NCBI GenBank assembly: GCA_964541225.1
Contig: CAZIPN010000003.1
Coordinates: 10,007-74,006, forward strand
Direction: 5' to 3'
From: an uncultured Eubacteriales bacterium
Lineage (GTDB): Bacteria > Actinomycetota > Coriobacteriia > Anaerosomatales > JAAXUF01
Length of the DNA: 64,000 nt
Part shown: one piece after another, positions 33,898-43,697 of the stretch
Position numbering within the stretch: position 1 is the first letter of the stretch
Layout of the letters: each line of letters opens with the position of its first letter
Translations under genes and position numbers: made by a program
Notes under the pieces: generated by a model
What the model was told of the DNA's origin: nothing
What the model saw: only the letters and a program-made list of their open reading frames with translations
Databases searched by the model: none

Positions 33898-34419
33898 CTA
33901 CGACTGAGGCTGCCTCCCCGCCAGAAGCATCCTTTCGATCCGCCGAAGCAGCAGAGTGTGCGGCAGATCGCTGTGGGACAGCGGCAGCACCATGATCGTC
34001 ATGATGCCTAGAAGCTTGCCACCGAGCACATCAGTAAACATCTGGTCGCCGACAATCGCCGAGCGACTGCGCGTGGATCCCACCAGCTTGATGGCCCGCA
34101 GGAACGCAACCGGCAATGGCTTCACGGCTCTAGACACAAGCGAGAATCCCAACTCATCGGCAATCCTCTTGACGCGCTCGTGCCAGTTGTTGGACACGAG
34201 ACATACGGTCATGCCCTTGTCGGCAAGCTGCGCGCACCACTGCGCGATCTCCTCGGGTACGACATTCGTATCACGAGGCACGAGCGTATTGTCGAGATCA
34301 ACCAGGAGCGTGTCGATTCCACGTGCTCTCAGTTTGTCGACGCTGATTTCCCGAACGCTGCGCAGGTAGATATCAGGGCCGAATCCGTGGGTCTTGTTCG
34401 GTGATGGTTGCCTGGACAT
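33898..34419 (-). CDS. YqeG-family HAD-IIIA phosphatase
   Basis: LLVDLDNTLVPRD, VCLVSNN and VGDQMFTD motifs. yqeG-aroE synteny as in Bacillus. Confidence 0.75.
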   Translation of the reverse strand: MSRQPSPNKTHGFGPDIYLRSVREISVDKLRARGIDTLLVDLDNTLVPRDTNVVPEEIAQWCAQLADKGMTVCLVSNNWHERVKRIADELGFSLVSRAVKPLPVAFLRAIKLVGSTRSRSAIVGDQMFTDVLGGKLLGIMTIMVLPLSHSDLPHTLLLRRIERMLLAGRQPQS

Positions 34420-34425
34420 CCGCAG

Positions 34426-35151
34426 CTACTCGTTGTCGTTGCTGGTCGCGGATTGTTCCCACGCGTTGAGCAGGCCGAAGACGCCGCTCTTGCCGGACTG
34501 TGCCTCTGCCGAAACCCCGCCTCGGGCTTCCAGGTCCCTCTGCGCGGCGTTCAACGCTTGGGCCATCTGTTTGTCGCCAGCTATGATGAAAGCCGTGCGA
34601 AAGATGCCGTAGGACTCGTACTCGTCATCGACACTGGAGTACGTCATTCCTTTGCCGAGACCGATCTTCGTCTGCTTCAGCATCTCTGGCAGGTTGGCCT
34701 TCTTGTTCTGCATCATCAGTAGCTGTACGTAGTTTGCCCTCAGAAGCCCCGAAGTCGGGTTGTTGGCAATACCCTCCCGCGCCACCGCAAGTGCCGCGCT
34801 CTGTCTGCCTTTGAGCATCAGGACAAATGCAACGTAGTAGTACGGCTGCTCGAGCTGAGGGTTGAGCGCCTGGATCAACCGGAGCGAGTCAATTAGGTCG
34901 ATCCGGTTCAGGATTTGGCTGGTCCCATATTGATGAAACTGGGGATCAAGCCGCTGGTAGATCAGACCCGCGAGCATCACCCGCACCCCACCGAGATACG
35001 CAAACCCTGCTTGACCGATCACCTTGCTCTGAGACGTCTGCGCCACCGGCGGTGCGGACGCGTTCGCAAGTGTCTGGGCACCGACAATGACCGCTAGCGC
35101 GAGAAGAGCCGCCAGCACAAGCGCAACATAGGGATGGCGCCCCGCAGTCAT
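34426..35151 (-). CDS. Hypothetical signal-anchored alpha-helical protein coupled to the ABC-2 permease
   Basis: MTAGRHPYVALVLAALLALAVIVGAQTLA forms the signal/anchor. The start ATG at 35151 overlaps the permease stop by 1 nt (TGATG). I recognise no family. Confidence 0.5.
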   Translation of the reverse strand: MTAGRHPYVALVLAALLALAVIVGAQTLANASAPPVAQTSQSKVIGQAGFAYLGGVRVMLAGLIYQRLDPQFHQYGTSQILNRIDLIDSLRLIQALNPQLEQPYYYVAFVLMLKGRQSAALAVAREGIANNPTSGLLRANYVQLLMMQNKKANLPEMLKQTKIGLGKGMTYSSVDDEYESYGIFRTAFIIAGDKQMAQALNAAQRDLEARGGVSAEAQSGKSGVFGLLNAWEQSATSNDNE

Positions 35152-35885
35152 CACAGATCCCTCCCGGCAAACATGAGGGAACCGCCGAACATGAAGAGCG
35201 AAACCCACCCGCAGAAGGCGATCACCATTGCCACGAGGTAGACCCACGACACGCCGCCGCCAAGCGCAACCGGGTTTATGACGTTGAACACATCAAGTGA
35301 CGGGAACCACGCCGGCGCGCGCTCCAACTCTGAGAGGTGTAGAAACGAGACGACCCCGTGCCCAACGAAGGCCAGAACCAGCCCACCCACGACCGATGTC
35401 ACCGGCCCAAACAGAGTGCTCAGCATCACCGTAAACGCCATGATGATGCCGATCTCTAGCCAGACGGCAAACGTCGCCTCGAACAGCAAGAACATCGGAC
35501 GTGAGTAGGACACCCAACCAACTGCAATAGCGGCGACGGTGAACGCAACAAGGACCAGGCCGAGAACGACGAACATTCCCAGCCACGTCCCAACCACGTA
35601 CTGCCAGCGACGAACGTCACGGGCGACAACGTTGAACACCGTGCGTCGTTCGATCTCGACCGGAAGTCGTGTGGCAGCAAGCGCGAGCGCGACGATCAAG
35701 GCCGCCACCCACATCAGAGCGATCGCGACCTGCCGGAAGACGCCGTCAACGATGCCCACCCCGTAGCTCGGCAAAGCCGGAATCGCAATCGACATCAACG
35801 CCGCAAACACCACAACCGCCCACACGACCTTGCGCCTGATCGCATCCGTGATAACAGCTTGGGATATCGCGAACAACTTGTTCAC
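35151..35885 (-). CDS. ABC-2 type transporter permease
   Basis: 244 aa with about six hydrophobic segments. 4-nt overlap with the upstream ATPase gene. Confidence 0.7.
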   Translation of the reverse strand: MNKLFAISQAVITDAIRRKVVWAVVVFAALMSIAIPALPSYGVGIVDGVFRQVAIALMWVAALIVALALAATRLPVEIERRTVFNVVARDVRRWQYVVGTWLGMFVVLGLVLVAFTVAAIAVGWVSYSRPMFLLFEATFAVWLEIGIIMAFTVMLSTLFGPVTSVVGGLVLAFVGHGVVSFLHLSELERAPAWFPSLDVFNVINPVALGGGVSWVYLVAMVIAFCGWVSLFMFGGSLMFAGRDL

Positions 35886-36886
35886 TGAACTCCCTCCTCA
35901 CCCTGCGAGTTGGATCCAGCATCGGCCCTGTGCGACTCAAGCAGAGCCGCGAAGTAGTCTTCTAGAGATGCGCGTTTCGGCTGAAGCTGCACGATCTTCC
36001 ATCCGCCGTTGTAGAGCGCTTCTACGGCGGTCCGGGCGTCCGCGTCCTGCACAGAGAAGACAACTGTGCTGCCAGTAGCCGCGAGATCAGACATGACCGC
36101 AGAAACCGCCTGCGGCAGCTCGCCGTCACCAACGGCACGGATAGATGTCTGGCCTGAGACGTTGAGTAGGTCGTCAATGTGCCCTCGAGCCGCGACGCGA
36201 CCCAGATGAAGGATCGTGACCTCGTCAGAGACCGTCTCGACCTCCGACAGTTGGTGGGACGAAAGCAAGACCGTCTTGCCCTCGTCCTTCAGACTCAGCA
36301 TGAGGTTTCGCACATCGCGCTGGCCGACTGGATCCAATCCGGACGCAGGCTCATCGAGAACGAGAACTTCCGGAGAGCCGAGCAACGCCTGCGCGAGTCC
36401 GAGACGCTGAAGCATGCCCCGAGAGAACTTCGACAGCAGAGCCTTCTCGGATCCCTCGAGACCGACGCGAGAAAGCAATGAAGCAGCCTGCTCGGCAATG
36501 TCTGACGCCGAGAGACCCGTCAACTTGCCATACAGAGTCATCGCTTCCAGAGCCGTCAGCTGCTGCGGAAAATAGGGCTGCTCGGGAAGGAACCCCACTC
36601 GGGCGCGAGCTCCTGGCTTGCGGGCATCCATCCCTAGAAGTTCGAAACGCCCACCCGTGGGTCTCACGAGTCCAAGCAGCATCTTGAGAGTAGTCGTCTT
36701 GCCGGCGCCGTTCGGACCGAGGAGCCCATGAATTGCGCCACGGGAGACCGAGACGGATACGTCAGCTACGGCATCTCGTCGATTGCCGCTTGCTCGTCCG
36801 TAGATCTTGCGCGCGTGCTCGATCAGGATGGCGGGTGCGCCATCAGTCGGTGCGTCGTGCTTCTCTAGAGTCACCGCAACGTTCAT
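35882..36886 (-). CDS. ABC transporter ATP-binding protein
   Basis: Walker A GPNGAGKTT, signature LSKFSRGMLQRL, Walker B VLVLDEP. The start is set at MNVAVT (36886) behind GAGGAGAAGGAAGGA. The longer track ORF would overlap fur. Confidence 0.85.
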   Translation of the reverse strand: MNVAVTLEKHDAPTDGAPAILIEHARKIYGRASGNRRDAVADVSVSVSRGAIHGLLGPNGAGKTTTLKMLLGLVRPTGGRFELLGMDARKPGARARVGFLPEQPYFPQQLTALEAMTLYGKLTGLSASDIAEQAASLLSRVGLEGSEKALLSKFSRGMLQRLGLAQALLGSPEVLVLDEPASGLDPVGQRDVRNLMLSLKDEGKTVLLSSHQLSEVETVSDEVTILHLGRVAARGHIDDLLNVSGQTSIRAVGDGELPQAVSAVMSDLAATGSTVVFSVQDADARTAVEALYNGGWKIVQLQPKRASLEDYFAALLESHRADAGSNSQGEEGVQ

Positions 36887-36960
36887 GGGTCCTTCCTTCT
36901 CCTCTTCGACAATCGAGCCGGCCTGCCCCTCGTGAAGCGGCCACGCTGAGTGCTTTGGCA

Positions 36961-37452
36961 CTAGTCCTCGCCTCTTGAGGCACTGCATTTGGCGCACAGT
37001 CCGAAGATCTCGACGGAATGGGCTATGGCCGAGTAGCCCCGAGCGGCGGCTTCGCGTTCCACCAATCGATCAAGCTCACCGTCAGCAATCTCCAGGGCGG
37101 CTCCACATTGAGTGCACACCAGGTGGTGGTGGGCTGTCTGGCTGCACAGACGGTAGGCCGTCTGCCGGTCCATGGTCTGGACCGAGTGAATCGTGCCCTC
37201 GTCGGCAAGCCTTTGGAGGCTGCGATACACCGTCGTCAGCCCAATGCGAACGCCGCTGCCCATAAGTTCCGAGTGGATCTGTTGAGCGGTGCGGAATCGC
37301 CTCGTCGATCTCAGCACCGCCAAGACCGCACTCTGTTGTGCCGTTCGGCGACCAGAACTGCTTCCATTCCGGCCGCCGACAAGTGACTTCGCCACGTTGC
37401 CGCCTCTTGTCGATTCCAGCCCCACTGCTACGCGGCTGGGCAAATCATTCAA
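36961..37452 (-). CDS. Fur-family transcriptional regulator
   Basis: Winged-helix segment RFRTAQQIHSEL...GLTTVYRSLQRLADEG, then HHHLVCTQCG and GLCAKC (two CxxC pairs). The track start is a TTG with no convincing RBS, so the true start is uncertain. Confidence 0.8.
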   Translation of the reverse strand: MNDLPSRVAVGLESTRGGNVAKSLVGGRNGSSSGRRTAQQSAVLAVLRSTRRFRTAQQIHSELMGSGVRIGLTTVYRSLQRLADEGTIHSVQTMDRQTAYRLCSQTAHHHLVCTQCGAALEIADGELDRLVEREAAARGYSAIAHSVEIFGLCAKCSASRGED

Positions 37453-37484
37453 CTTCAGGAGGAGATATCGGCACGTATCGAAGA

Positions 37485-37503
37485 AATGATAACCGTTTTC
37501 GTT
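37485..37503. promoter_or_regulatory. Fur-box-like 19-bp imperfect palindrome upstream of the fur-family gene
   Basis: AATGATAAC-C-GTTTTCGTT pairs at 7 of 9 positions. It is AT-rich within a GC-rich genome and lies 33-51 nt upstream of the annotated start. It resembles GATAAT-type Fur/Zur half sites. Confidence 0.35.
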
Positions 37504-37571
37504 GTCCCGAAAGGGAAGGTATGCACTCTTCCCCCCGACCAGCCTCAGACGAGCCTCGTCGGAGAAGTCAA

Positions 37572-38648
37572 CTACTGACCAAACACCTGGTGGTATTTCT
37601 TGACCGCCGCGAGAAAGTCCTTGTACGTGGTCGTGAACGTCTGCGAACCGTCCTTGCCGGTCAACACGTAGTAGAGATAGGCCGTCTGTGCTGGCGCGGC
37701 GGCACCTCGGATCGCCTCGATTCCCGGGCTGCAGATGGGTCCGGGCGGCAGTCCCGCTTGACGATACGTGTTGTATGGGCTCTCGATAGAGAGGTCCGCA
37801 TTCGTGAGTTTGGTGGTTCCCTCCGGCGCGACGTAGAAGACGGTGGAGTCGAGCTGCAGACGCATTCGATCGTGCAAGCGATTGTAGATCACGGACGCCA
37901 CCAGCGGATACTCGCGCGAGAGTTTCGTCTCCCGCTGAAGGATCGAACCGATCGTCACGACGTCATTGAGCGTCAGGTTTTTCGACTTCGCGTACGAGAG
38001 ATCCAGGCCAGCGGTGGCAGAGTCGAATTTGTCCAGCATCATTTCGACGATAGCTGCGGGCTTCGTGCCCTTCTTCACCCGATATGTCGCCGGATACAGA
38101 TAGCCCTCAAGCGACCCACCTGCGGCACCGGCAAGATACGGATGCTTGGCAACGAACTGCGATGCACCCGACATCACAAGCGAGGTCATCTCGTCCTCGG
38201 AGACTCCCGCCCGCTTGGCGAAACGCGTCGCGATCTGCTGAGCGGTGAATCCCTCCGGAATTGGGACATCGTAGAACGTGACCTGGGGCCCGGCGGCGAG
38301 GCGCTTGAGCACCAGGTCATCCGGCATGCCCGTGGCCAGGAGATACGTCCCTGAACGCAGAGCAGTCTTCGCCATCTTCGCCCTGATCTCAAACATCAAG
38401 GAATTCTTGATGACACCATAGCTTGAGAGCATTCGGCCAATCTGCTCCGTGCCGGCCCCCTGCGGTATCCGGACTTCCACCTGGCGACCCTCGGCGACAG
38501 GATGTTCCGTGCGCGTCAGAAGCCACCACGCAACCGCCGAGCCCACCACAAGCACGGCGGCGACCACCATGACCGCCACGATGCCACCCCTGCTAGCGCC
38601 CCGCGCCTTCTTCTGTGGGGGGCTCGTCATCGTCGGCTGTTCGGACAT
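37572..38648 (-). CDS. mltG: Endolytic murein transglycosylase MltG (YceG family)
   Basis: 358 aa with an N-terminal TM helix and YceG pattern (IPEG.T..QI, LASI...E, SPYNTY...GLPPGPI..PG). Confidence 0.9.
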   Translation of the reverse strand: MSEQPTMTSPPQKKARGASRGGIVAVMVVAAVLVVGSAVAWWLLTRTEHPVAEGRQVEVRIPQGAGTEQIGRMLSSYGVIKNSLMFEIRAKMAKTALRSGTYLLATGMPDDLVLKRLAAGPQVTFYDVPIPEGFTAQQIATRFAKRAGVSEDEMTSLVMSGASQFVAKHPYLAGAAGGSLEGYLYPATYRVKKGTKPAAIVEMMLDKFDSATAGLDLSYAKSKNLTLNDVVTIGSILQRETKLSREYPLVASVIYNRLHDRMRLQLDSTVFYVAPEGTTKLTNADLSIESPYNTYRQAGLPPGPICSPGIEAIRGAAAPAQTAYLYYVLTGKDGSQTFTTTYKDFLAAVKKYHQVFGQ

Positions 38649-39083
38649 CTAGCGTTCTCCGCTCTGCTCGCCCTCTCGGTGAGCGTCGAGGTAACTCTGA
38701 AGGAAGATCGACGCGGCCATCTTGTCTAGGCGCCCGCGCGCGTGGCGAGAAGTCACGCCGGCAGCTTCCATTGTCCTGTGAGCTTCCGCCGACGAGAGAC
38801 GCTCGTCCACGAACTCAAACGGAACGCGCAAGAACCCTGCCAGCCGCGCTGCCACCGAACGCACTCTTGTCGCTTGCGGACCTTCGCTTCCGTCCATGGA
38901 CAACGGTAGACCCACAACCACTCTGTCAGCCTGGTACTCCTCGGCAAGTCCGACCAAATCAGCCCCGTCCTTCAAGACGCGACTAGCATCGAGAACCGTG
39001 AGTGGAGATGCCACTGTACCGGAGGGGTCTGACACCGCCACTCCGATACGCTTCTCTCCGATATCGAGCGCTAGCACGCGCAC
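38649..39083 (-). CDS. ruvX: Holliday junction resolvase-like nuclease RuvX (YqgF)
   Basis: MRVLALDIGEKRIGVAVSD is the canonical YqgF N-terminus. The gene abuts mltG and follows alaS. Confidence 0.9.
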   Translation of the reverse strand: MRVLALDIGEKRIGVAVSDPSGTVASPLTVLDASRVLKDGADLVGLAEEYQADRVVVGLPLSMDGSEGPQATRVRSVAARLAGFLRVPFEFVDERLSSAEAHRTMEAAGVTSRHARGRLDKMAASIFLQSYLDAHREGEQSGER

Positions 39084-39088
39084 CGCGC

Positions 39089-41704
39089 TTATCCGACGCC
39101 GAGAGTCCGCCGGGCGGCATCGAGTGCGGTGTCTATCTGTGAAGCATCCTCGCCGCCGCCTTGGGCCATGGCCGGCTTGCCGCCGCCTCTGCCGCCGAGA
39201 AGCGGGGCGATCGTGCGCACGACAGCGCCAGCATCGAAGCCCGCTTTGACGGCCGTATCCGAGCCGGCGGCAACGAAGATAGGCTTGCCGGACTCGGAGT
39301 CTGATGTCACGAGTACCGCTGCGTCGATGCCGCGCGCACGCAACACGTCCCAGAGACCGCGAAGTCCCTGAGGCCGCGCCTGTGGTGAGCGCGCAACCGC
39401 GAGACGGTAGCCATTGTCTATCGCCTCGCCCAGGATTCGCTCCACCTCATCTTCGTCGACAGAATCCTGTGCCCGGCCCGCGCCTGCCTCAAGTTGCTTG
39501 AGGCGTTGTGCGGTGTGCACGGCTCGCTCCGACACATCGAATCGCGGCACCCGCAGGGCGTCGGCAGCCCCAAGCAACTCGGCTTCTTCGCGAAGCGTGT
39601 AGTCATAGGCATCGAAACTGGTGACGGCCTCGATGCGTCGCAGATTCGCACCAACCGAACTCTCGGCAGTTATCTTGAGCAGGCCGATCTCGCTCGTGCG
39701 CCCAACGTGCGTGCCACCGCACAGCTCCTTGGAGAAATTGCCGATTTCTAGCACTCGTACGAACTCGCCGTACTTCTCGCCGAAGAGTGCGGTGACGCCA
39801 GACTCTTTCGCGGTGGCGATCGAGGTCTCGTACGCGCGAACGGGGTGGTTCTGGAAGATCTTCGCGTTCACAAGCCGCTCCACCTTGCCGAGCTGCTCGT
39901 GAGTCATGGCCTCGAAGTGCGTGAAGTCGAAGCGCAGACGATCGGGGCCGACGAAGGAACCGGCCTGCTTCGCGTGCCCGCCGACGATGATGCGCAGCGC
40001 CCAGTGCAGAAGGTGCGTGGCGGTGTGGTTGCGGCGAATGCGCTCGCGCCGCTCCACATCGATGACGGCACGCACGGTCTCGCCCGTCGCAATCGAGCCA
40101 GTCTCAAGACGTCCGACATGCGTGACGATGCCCTCTGCGATCTTGCTGCTCTCGACGATGAAGCGGCCGTTGGGTGCGTCGATCACACCCGTGTCACCGA
40201 TCTGTCCGCCATGCTCGCCGTAAAACGGCGTCACATCCAACACGATCTCAGCGGTATCGCCCACGGCGAGCTCTTCTGCGGCCAAGCCTTCCCGCAGAAT
40301 CGCAAGCACCGTTGCGTCGGCCTCATCGTGATCGTAGCCGACGAAGCGCGTGGAGCCGTGCTCTTTGGCGAGCTGCGATATCACGCCGCCGTACGTGCTC
40401 CACGACTCGTCCTTGACCGCAGCTCGGGCGCGCTCGCGTTGCGCCTCCATCTCGGCAGTGAACGTGTCGACGTCGACCGACACACCCTGCTCGGCGGCAA
40501 TCTCGGCGGTGAGTTCGAACGGGAAGCCATACGTGTCATGCAACGTGAAAGCCGTGCTGCCGTTGAGCATTCCGCCTGCCGAGAGTTCGGCGAGTTCGGC
40601 CTCGAGGAAGCCGATGCCCTGACGCAACGTGGCACCGAAGCGCTCTTCCTCGCTGCTCACGATGGACTCGATGAGCTGCTGGTGCTCCACGATCTCGGGA
40701 TACGCGCTACCCATGAGCTCGATCACACGCGACACCAGCGTCACGAGGAATGGGTCTTCCACGCCGAGAAGTCGTCCGTGGCGCACAGCTCGGCGCAGGA
40801 GGCGGCGCAACACGTAGCCGCGGCCTTCGTTGCTCGGCAGCACGCCGTCGGCGATCAGGAACGTCACGGCCCGCGCATGGTCCGCAAGGATGCGCAGCGA
40901 CGTCGAGCTCTTCTCATCGGCACCGTACTCGGTGTTGGTGATGCGACCGGCCAGCCTCATCAAGTCGCTCAAGATGTCGGTCTCGAAGTTCGAGTGCACA
41001 CCCTGCAGGATCGCAGCGATGCGCTCCAGGCCCATGCCGGTGTCGATGTTTTGCTTGGGCAGCGGTGTGAGCGTGCCGTCGTCGGCGCGGTCGTACTGCA
41101 TGAAAACGAGGTTCCAGTACTCAAGGTACCGATCGCAGTCGCAACCGGGCGCGCAGTCGGGAGAACCGCAGCCAACTTCCGGTCCCTGATCGTAGTAGAG
41201 CTCGGAGCACGGTCCACACGGACCGGTGGGTCCCGCCGACCAGAAGTTGTCTTTCGCGCCCATGCGCACGATTCGCTCGGCGGGAACACCGACCTCATTG
41301 GCCCAGATAGCCTCGGCCTCGTCGTCGTCCTCATAGATCGTGATCCAGATGCGCTCGGGATCAAGCTTGAGCACCTGGGTCGAGTACTCCCACGCCCATG
41401 CGGCCGCCTCGGACTTGAAGTAGTCCCCGAAGCTGAAGTTGCCGAGCATCTCGAAGAAGCTGTGGTGACGCCCGGTGGTCCCGATGATGTCGATGTCGGT
41501 CGTGCGCACGCACTTCTGCACGCTGGTCGCGCGCGTAAACCCGAGATTCTTCACGCCGAGGAAGACTGGCTTGAACTGCACCATGCCAGCGGTTGTGAGC
41601 AGCAGCGAAGGGTCGTCGGGAATCAGCGACGACGACGGCAGACGCCGAGAGCCCTTACTCTCGAAGAAGGCTAGGAAGCTCTCACGAATCTCGGCGGAGT
41701 TCAC
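39089..41704 (-). CDS. alaS: Alanine--tRNA ligase
   Basis: 871 aa, full-length AlaRS pattern (FF..KGH, FEMLGNFSFGDYFK, editing-domain HTATHLLH, C-terminal DHHA1-like GGGG). Confidence 0.97.
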   Translation of the reverse strand: MNSAEIRESFLAFFESKGSRRLPSSSLIPDDPSLLLTTAGMVQFKPVFLGVKNLGFTRATSVQKCVRTTDIDIIGTTGRHHSFFEMLGNFSFGDYFKSEAAAWAWEYSTQVLKLDPERIWITIYEDDDEAEAIWANEVGVPAERIVRMGAKDNFWSAGPTGPCGPCSELYYDQGPEVGCGSPDCAPGCDCDRYLEYWNLVFMQYDRADDGTLTPLPKQNIDTGMGLERIAAILQGVHSNFETDILSDLMRLAGRITNTEYGADEKSSTSLRILADHARAVTFLIADGVLPSNEGRGYVLRRLLRRAVRHGRLLGVEDPFLVTLVSRVIELMGSAYPEIVEHQQLIESIVSSEEERFGATLRQGIGFLEAELAELSAGGMLNGSTAFTLHDTYGFPFELTAEIAAEQGVSVDVDTFTAEMEAQRERARAAVKDESWSTYGGVISQLAKEHGSTRFVGYDHDEADATVLAILREGLAAEELAVGDTAEIVLDVTPFYGEHGGQIGDTGVIDAPNGRFIVESSKIAEGIVTHVGRLETGSIATGETVRAVIDVERRERIRRNHTATHLLHWALRIIVGGHAKQAGSFVGPDRLRFDFTHFEAMTHEQLGKVERLVNAKIFQNHPVRAYETSIATAKESGVTALFGEKYGEFVRVLEIGNFSKELCGGTHVGRTSEIGLLKITAESSVGANLRRIEAVTSFDAYDYTLREEAELLGAADALRVPRFDVSERAVHTAQRLKQLEAGAGRAQDSVDEDEVERILGEAIDNGYRLAVARSPQARPQGLRGLWDVLRARGIDAAVLVTSDSESGKPIFVAAGSDTAVKAGFDAGAVVRTIAPLLGGRGGGKPAMAQGGGEDASQIDTALDAARRTLGVG

Positions 41705-41713
41705 GTTGTGCTC

Positions 41714-42904
41714 CTATTCGGCAGTCGTATTCGACTCGGACGAGATCGCCTCGCTGTCTGCGCCGACCGCCCCCGAGACACGATGCTTCCCATGGCGGAA
41801 CAGCGCACCGTCCGTGCTGCCAAGCTGACGGTCTGTTCGTCGCTCATAGTAATAGACGAACAGTCCCTTGCCGGTGGCAGCAACCGGAATCGCGAACAGA
41901 AGGCCCGGTATGCCGAACAGCGTGCCCCCGACGAGCAGGGAGAATATCACGAGCGTCGGATGCAGGTCGACCTGGGACGACATCACTCTCGGCACAACAA
42001 CGAAGTCAGTGATGTTCTGCGCCACCACGACGCACAGAATCGCTGCCACAGCGGTCCACGGTCCAACGAACATTCCGAGAAGTGCAGCGATGAGTCCCGT
42101 CGTGACCGGACCGACATAGGGTGCGAAGTTGAAGAAGAACGCGATGAGCCAAAACACGAGCGCGTATCGCACGTGCAAGACCGCGAGTCCGGTGGTGGAG
42201 ATCGTTGCGGTCGTCAGTGACGCGATCGTCTGCCCGCGCAGGTACCCGCCGACAACGTGCGTGACCGTCTTTAAGAGATGCTCAGTGTCCGCCTCATGAA
42301 CGGGACCCGCGAGAACGACAAGTTCGTTTCGCATCTTCGGCATGTCTTTGAGCACCCAGAAAGCGATGACAACTGAGAGGAAGAGGTCCAGAAGCCCCGT
42401 CGCGATACGTCCCCCGGTGTTGATCGCCAGGTGCGCCAGTCCGTCACCCAACGTGACCACGAACTGCCCGAGCTGAAGCGAGGCGTTCTTGACCGCGGTA
42501 GCAAGCCATGCGGGCAGCACCATGGCCGAATAGCTGGTCTCGAGCGCCGTCTCGGCCTGCTGGACCCGCAGAAGGTAGTCTGGCGCGGCGCGCACAAGCG
42601 ATGCCACTTGCCTGCCAATTGCAGGCCCAAGCAATGTAAGCACGCCTCCGATGACGGCAAGCGCGACGACGATACACAACGACGCTGCTGTCCCGCGCTT
42701 CATGCCGCGCTTCTCAAGCGATGCCACCGGCGCGTTGAGGAGGAACACGATGATGAAGGCCATGATGAAGGGCACGAGCGCCGGGGCTATCCGCCCGAGC
42801 CCCCACAGCGCGGTGGCAACCAGAATCAGTGTCCCGACACTCGCCCACACGATCACGGCGGTAGTCCGCCACCGAACGAAACGCTCTTCGGGCGTCATCG
42901 CCAT
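41714..42904 (-). CDS. AI-2E family transporter (PerM/YrrI-like permease)
   Basis: 396 aa, polytopic, with the AI-2E pattern near the C-terminus (LHP..V.FSLL.GG.LFG..G...A.P). Confidence 0.85.
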   Translation of the reverse strand: MAMTPEERFVRWRTTAVIVWASVGTLILVATALWGLGRIAPALVPFIMAFIIVFLLNAPVASLEKRGMKRGTAASLCIVVALAVIGGVLTLLGPAIGRQVASLVRAAPDYLLRVQQAETALETSYSAMVLPAWLATAVKNASLQLGQFVVTLGDGLAHLAINTGGRIATGLLDLFLSVVIAFWVLKDMPKMRNELVVLAGPVHEADTEHLLKTVTHVVGGYLRGQTIASLTTATISTTGLAVLHVRYALVFWLIAFFFNFAPYVGPVTTGLIAALLGMFVGPWTAVAAILCVVVAQNITDFVVVPRVMSSQVDLHPTLVIFSLLVGGTLFGIPGLLFAIPVAATGKGLFVYYYERRTDRQLGSTDGALFRHGKHRVSGAVGADSEAISSESNTTAE

Positions 42905-42911
42905 CAGAGCT

Positions 42912-43697
42912 CTACTCCCTCACGATGTTCTCGCGCAACACCCGCAATGTCCGACGCAGCAGCCTCGACACCTGCATCTGCGAGATGTCGAGCTGGTTGG
43001 CGATCTCGGTCTGCGTCAGCCCCTCGAAGAACCGAAGGTAGAGCACTCGCTGCTCTTGCGGCGACAGTTTCGAGACGGCGGCCGACAGCGTGGCCCGATC
43101 CTCGACAACAGCCATGAGCGCATCGTCCTTGCCGACATACTCAAGAATCGAAAACGAGTCGCTGCCGTCACTGCTCCGATCGGTCTCAAGCGACACGAAG
43201 TTGTACGCCTCGCTTGTCTCCATCGCTTCGAGAACCTCTTCTGAGGTTACGCCGAGGTACTCGCCGATCTCAGCGATGGTCGGCGATCGCTGGAGTCTCT
43301 GCGTGAGAGCATCGACCGCCTGGTTGACCTTGAATGACAGCTCTTGCAGTCGCCTGGGCACCTTGATGGCCCAGCCTTTGTCGCGGAAGTACCGCTTGAG
43401 CTCGCCAACGATCGTGGGAGTGGCGTATGTCGTGAACTCCACTTGGCGATCAATGTCGAAGCGATCGATGGCCTTGATGAGGCCAATCGTGCCCACTTGC
43501 ACGAGGTCGTCCACGGGTTCGCCTCGGTTACGAAAACGACTCGCAAGGTACTTCACGAGATTCAGATACATTGTGACGAGCTCATCGCGAGCGCTCTCGT
43601 CGCCCTCGAGGCGATAGCGCCTGAACAGCTCTCTCGTGTAAGCCTTGTCCCAGGTCAGCTTGCGCGTCTGTTTATGGGCACTATTCCTGATTGCCAT
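42912..43697 (-). CDS. RNA polymerase sigma factor, SigB/F/G (group 3) type
   Basis: Region 2 is DLVQVGTIGLIKAIDRFD. Region 3 and region 4 (LSPQEQRVLYLRFFEGLTQTEIANQLDISQMQVSRLLRR) are present. The start is set at MAIRNS (43697) and is uncertain. Confidence 0.85.
   Translation of the reverse strand: MAIRNSAHKQTRKLTWDKAYTRELFRRYRLEGDESARDELVTMYLNLVKYLASRFRNRGEPVDDLVQVGTIGLIKAIDRFDIDRQVEFTTYATPTIVGELKRYFRDKGWAIKVPRRLQELSFKVNQAVDALTQRLQRSPTIAEIGEYLGVTSEEVLEAMETSEAYNFVSLETDRSSDGSDSFSILEYVGKDDALMAVVEDRATLSAAVSKLSPQEQRVLYLRFFEGLTQTEIANQLDISQMQVSRLLRRTLRVLRENIVRE

Noticed and set aside
39845-41674. 609-aa plus-strand ORF.
   Set aside because: It is exactly antisense to alaS, whose product matches AlaRS over its full length. 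The composition is Arg/Ala/Gly-rich, typical of a GC-rich shadow frame.
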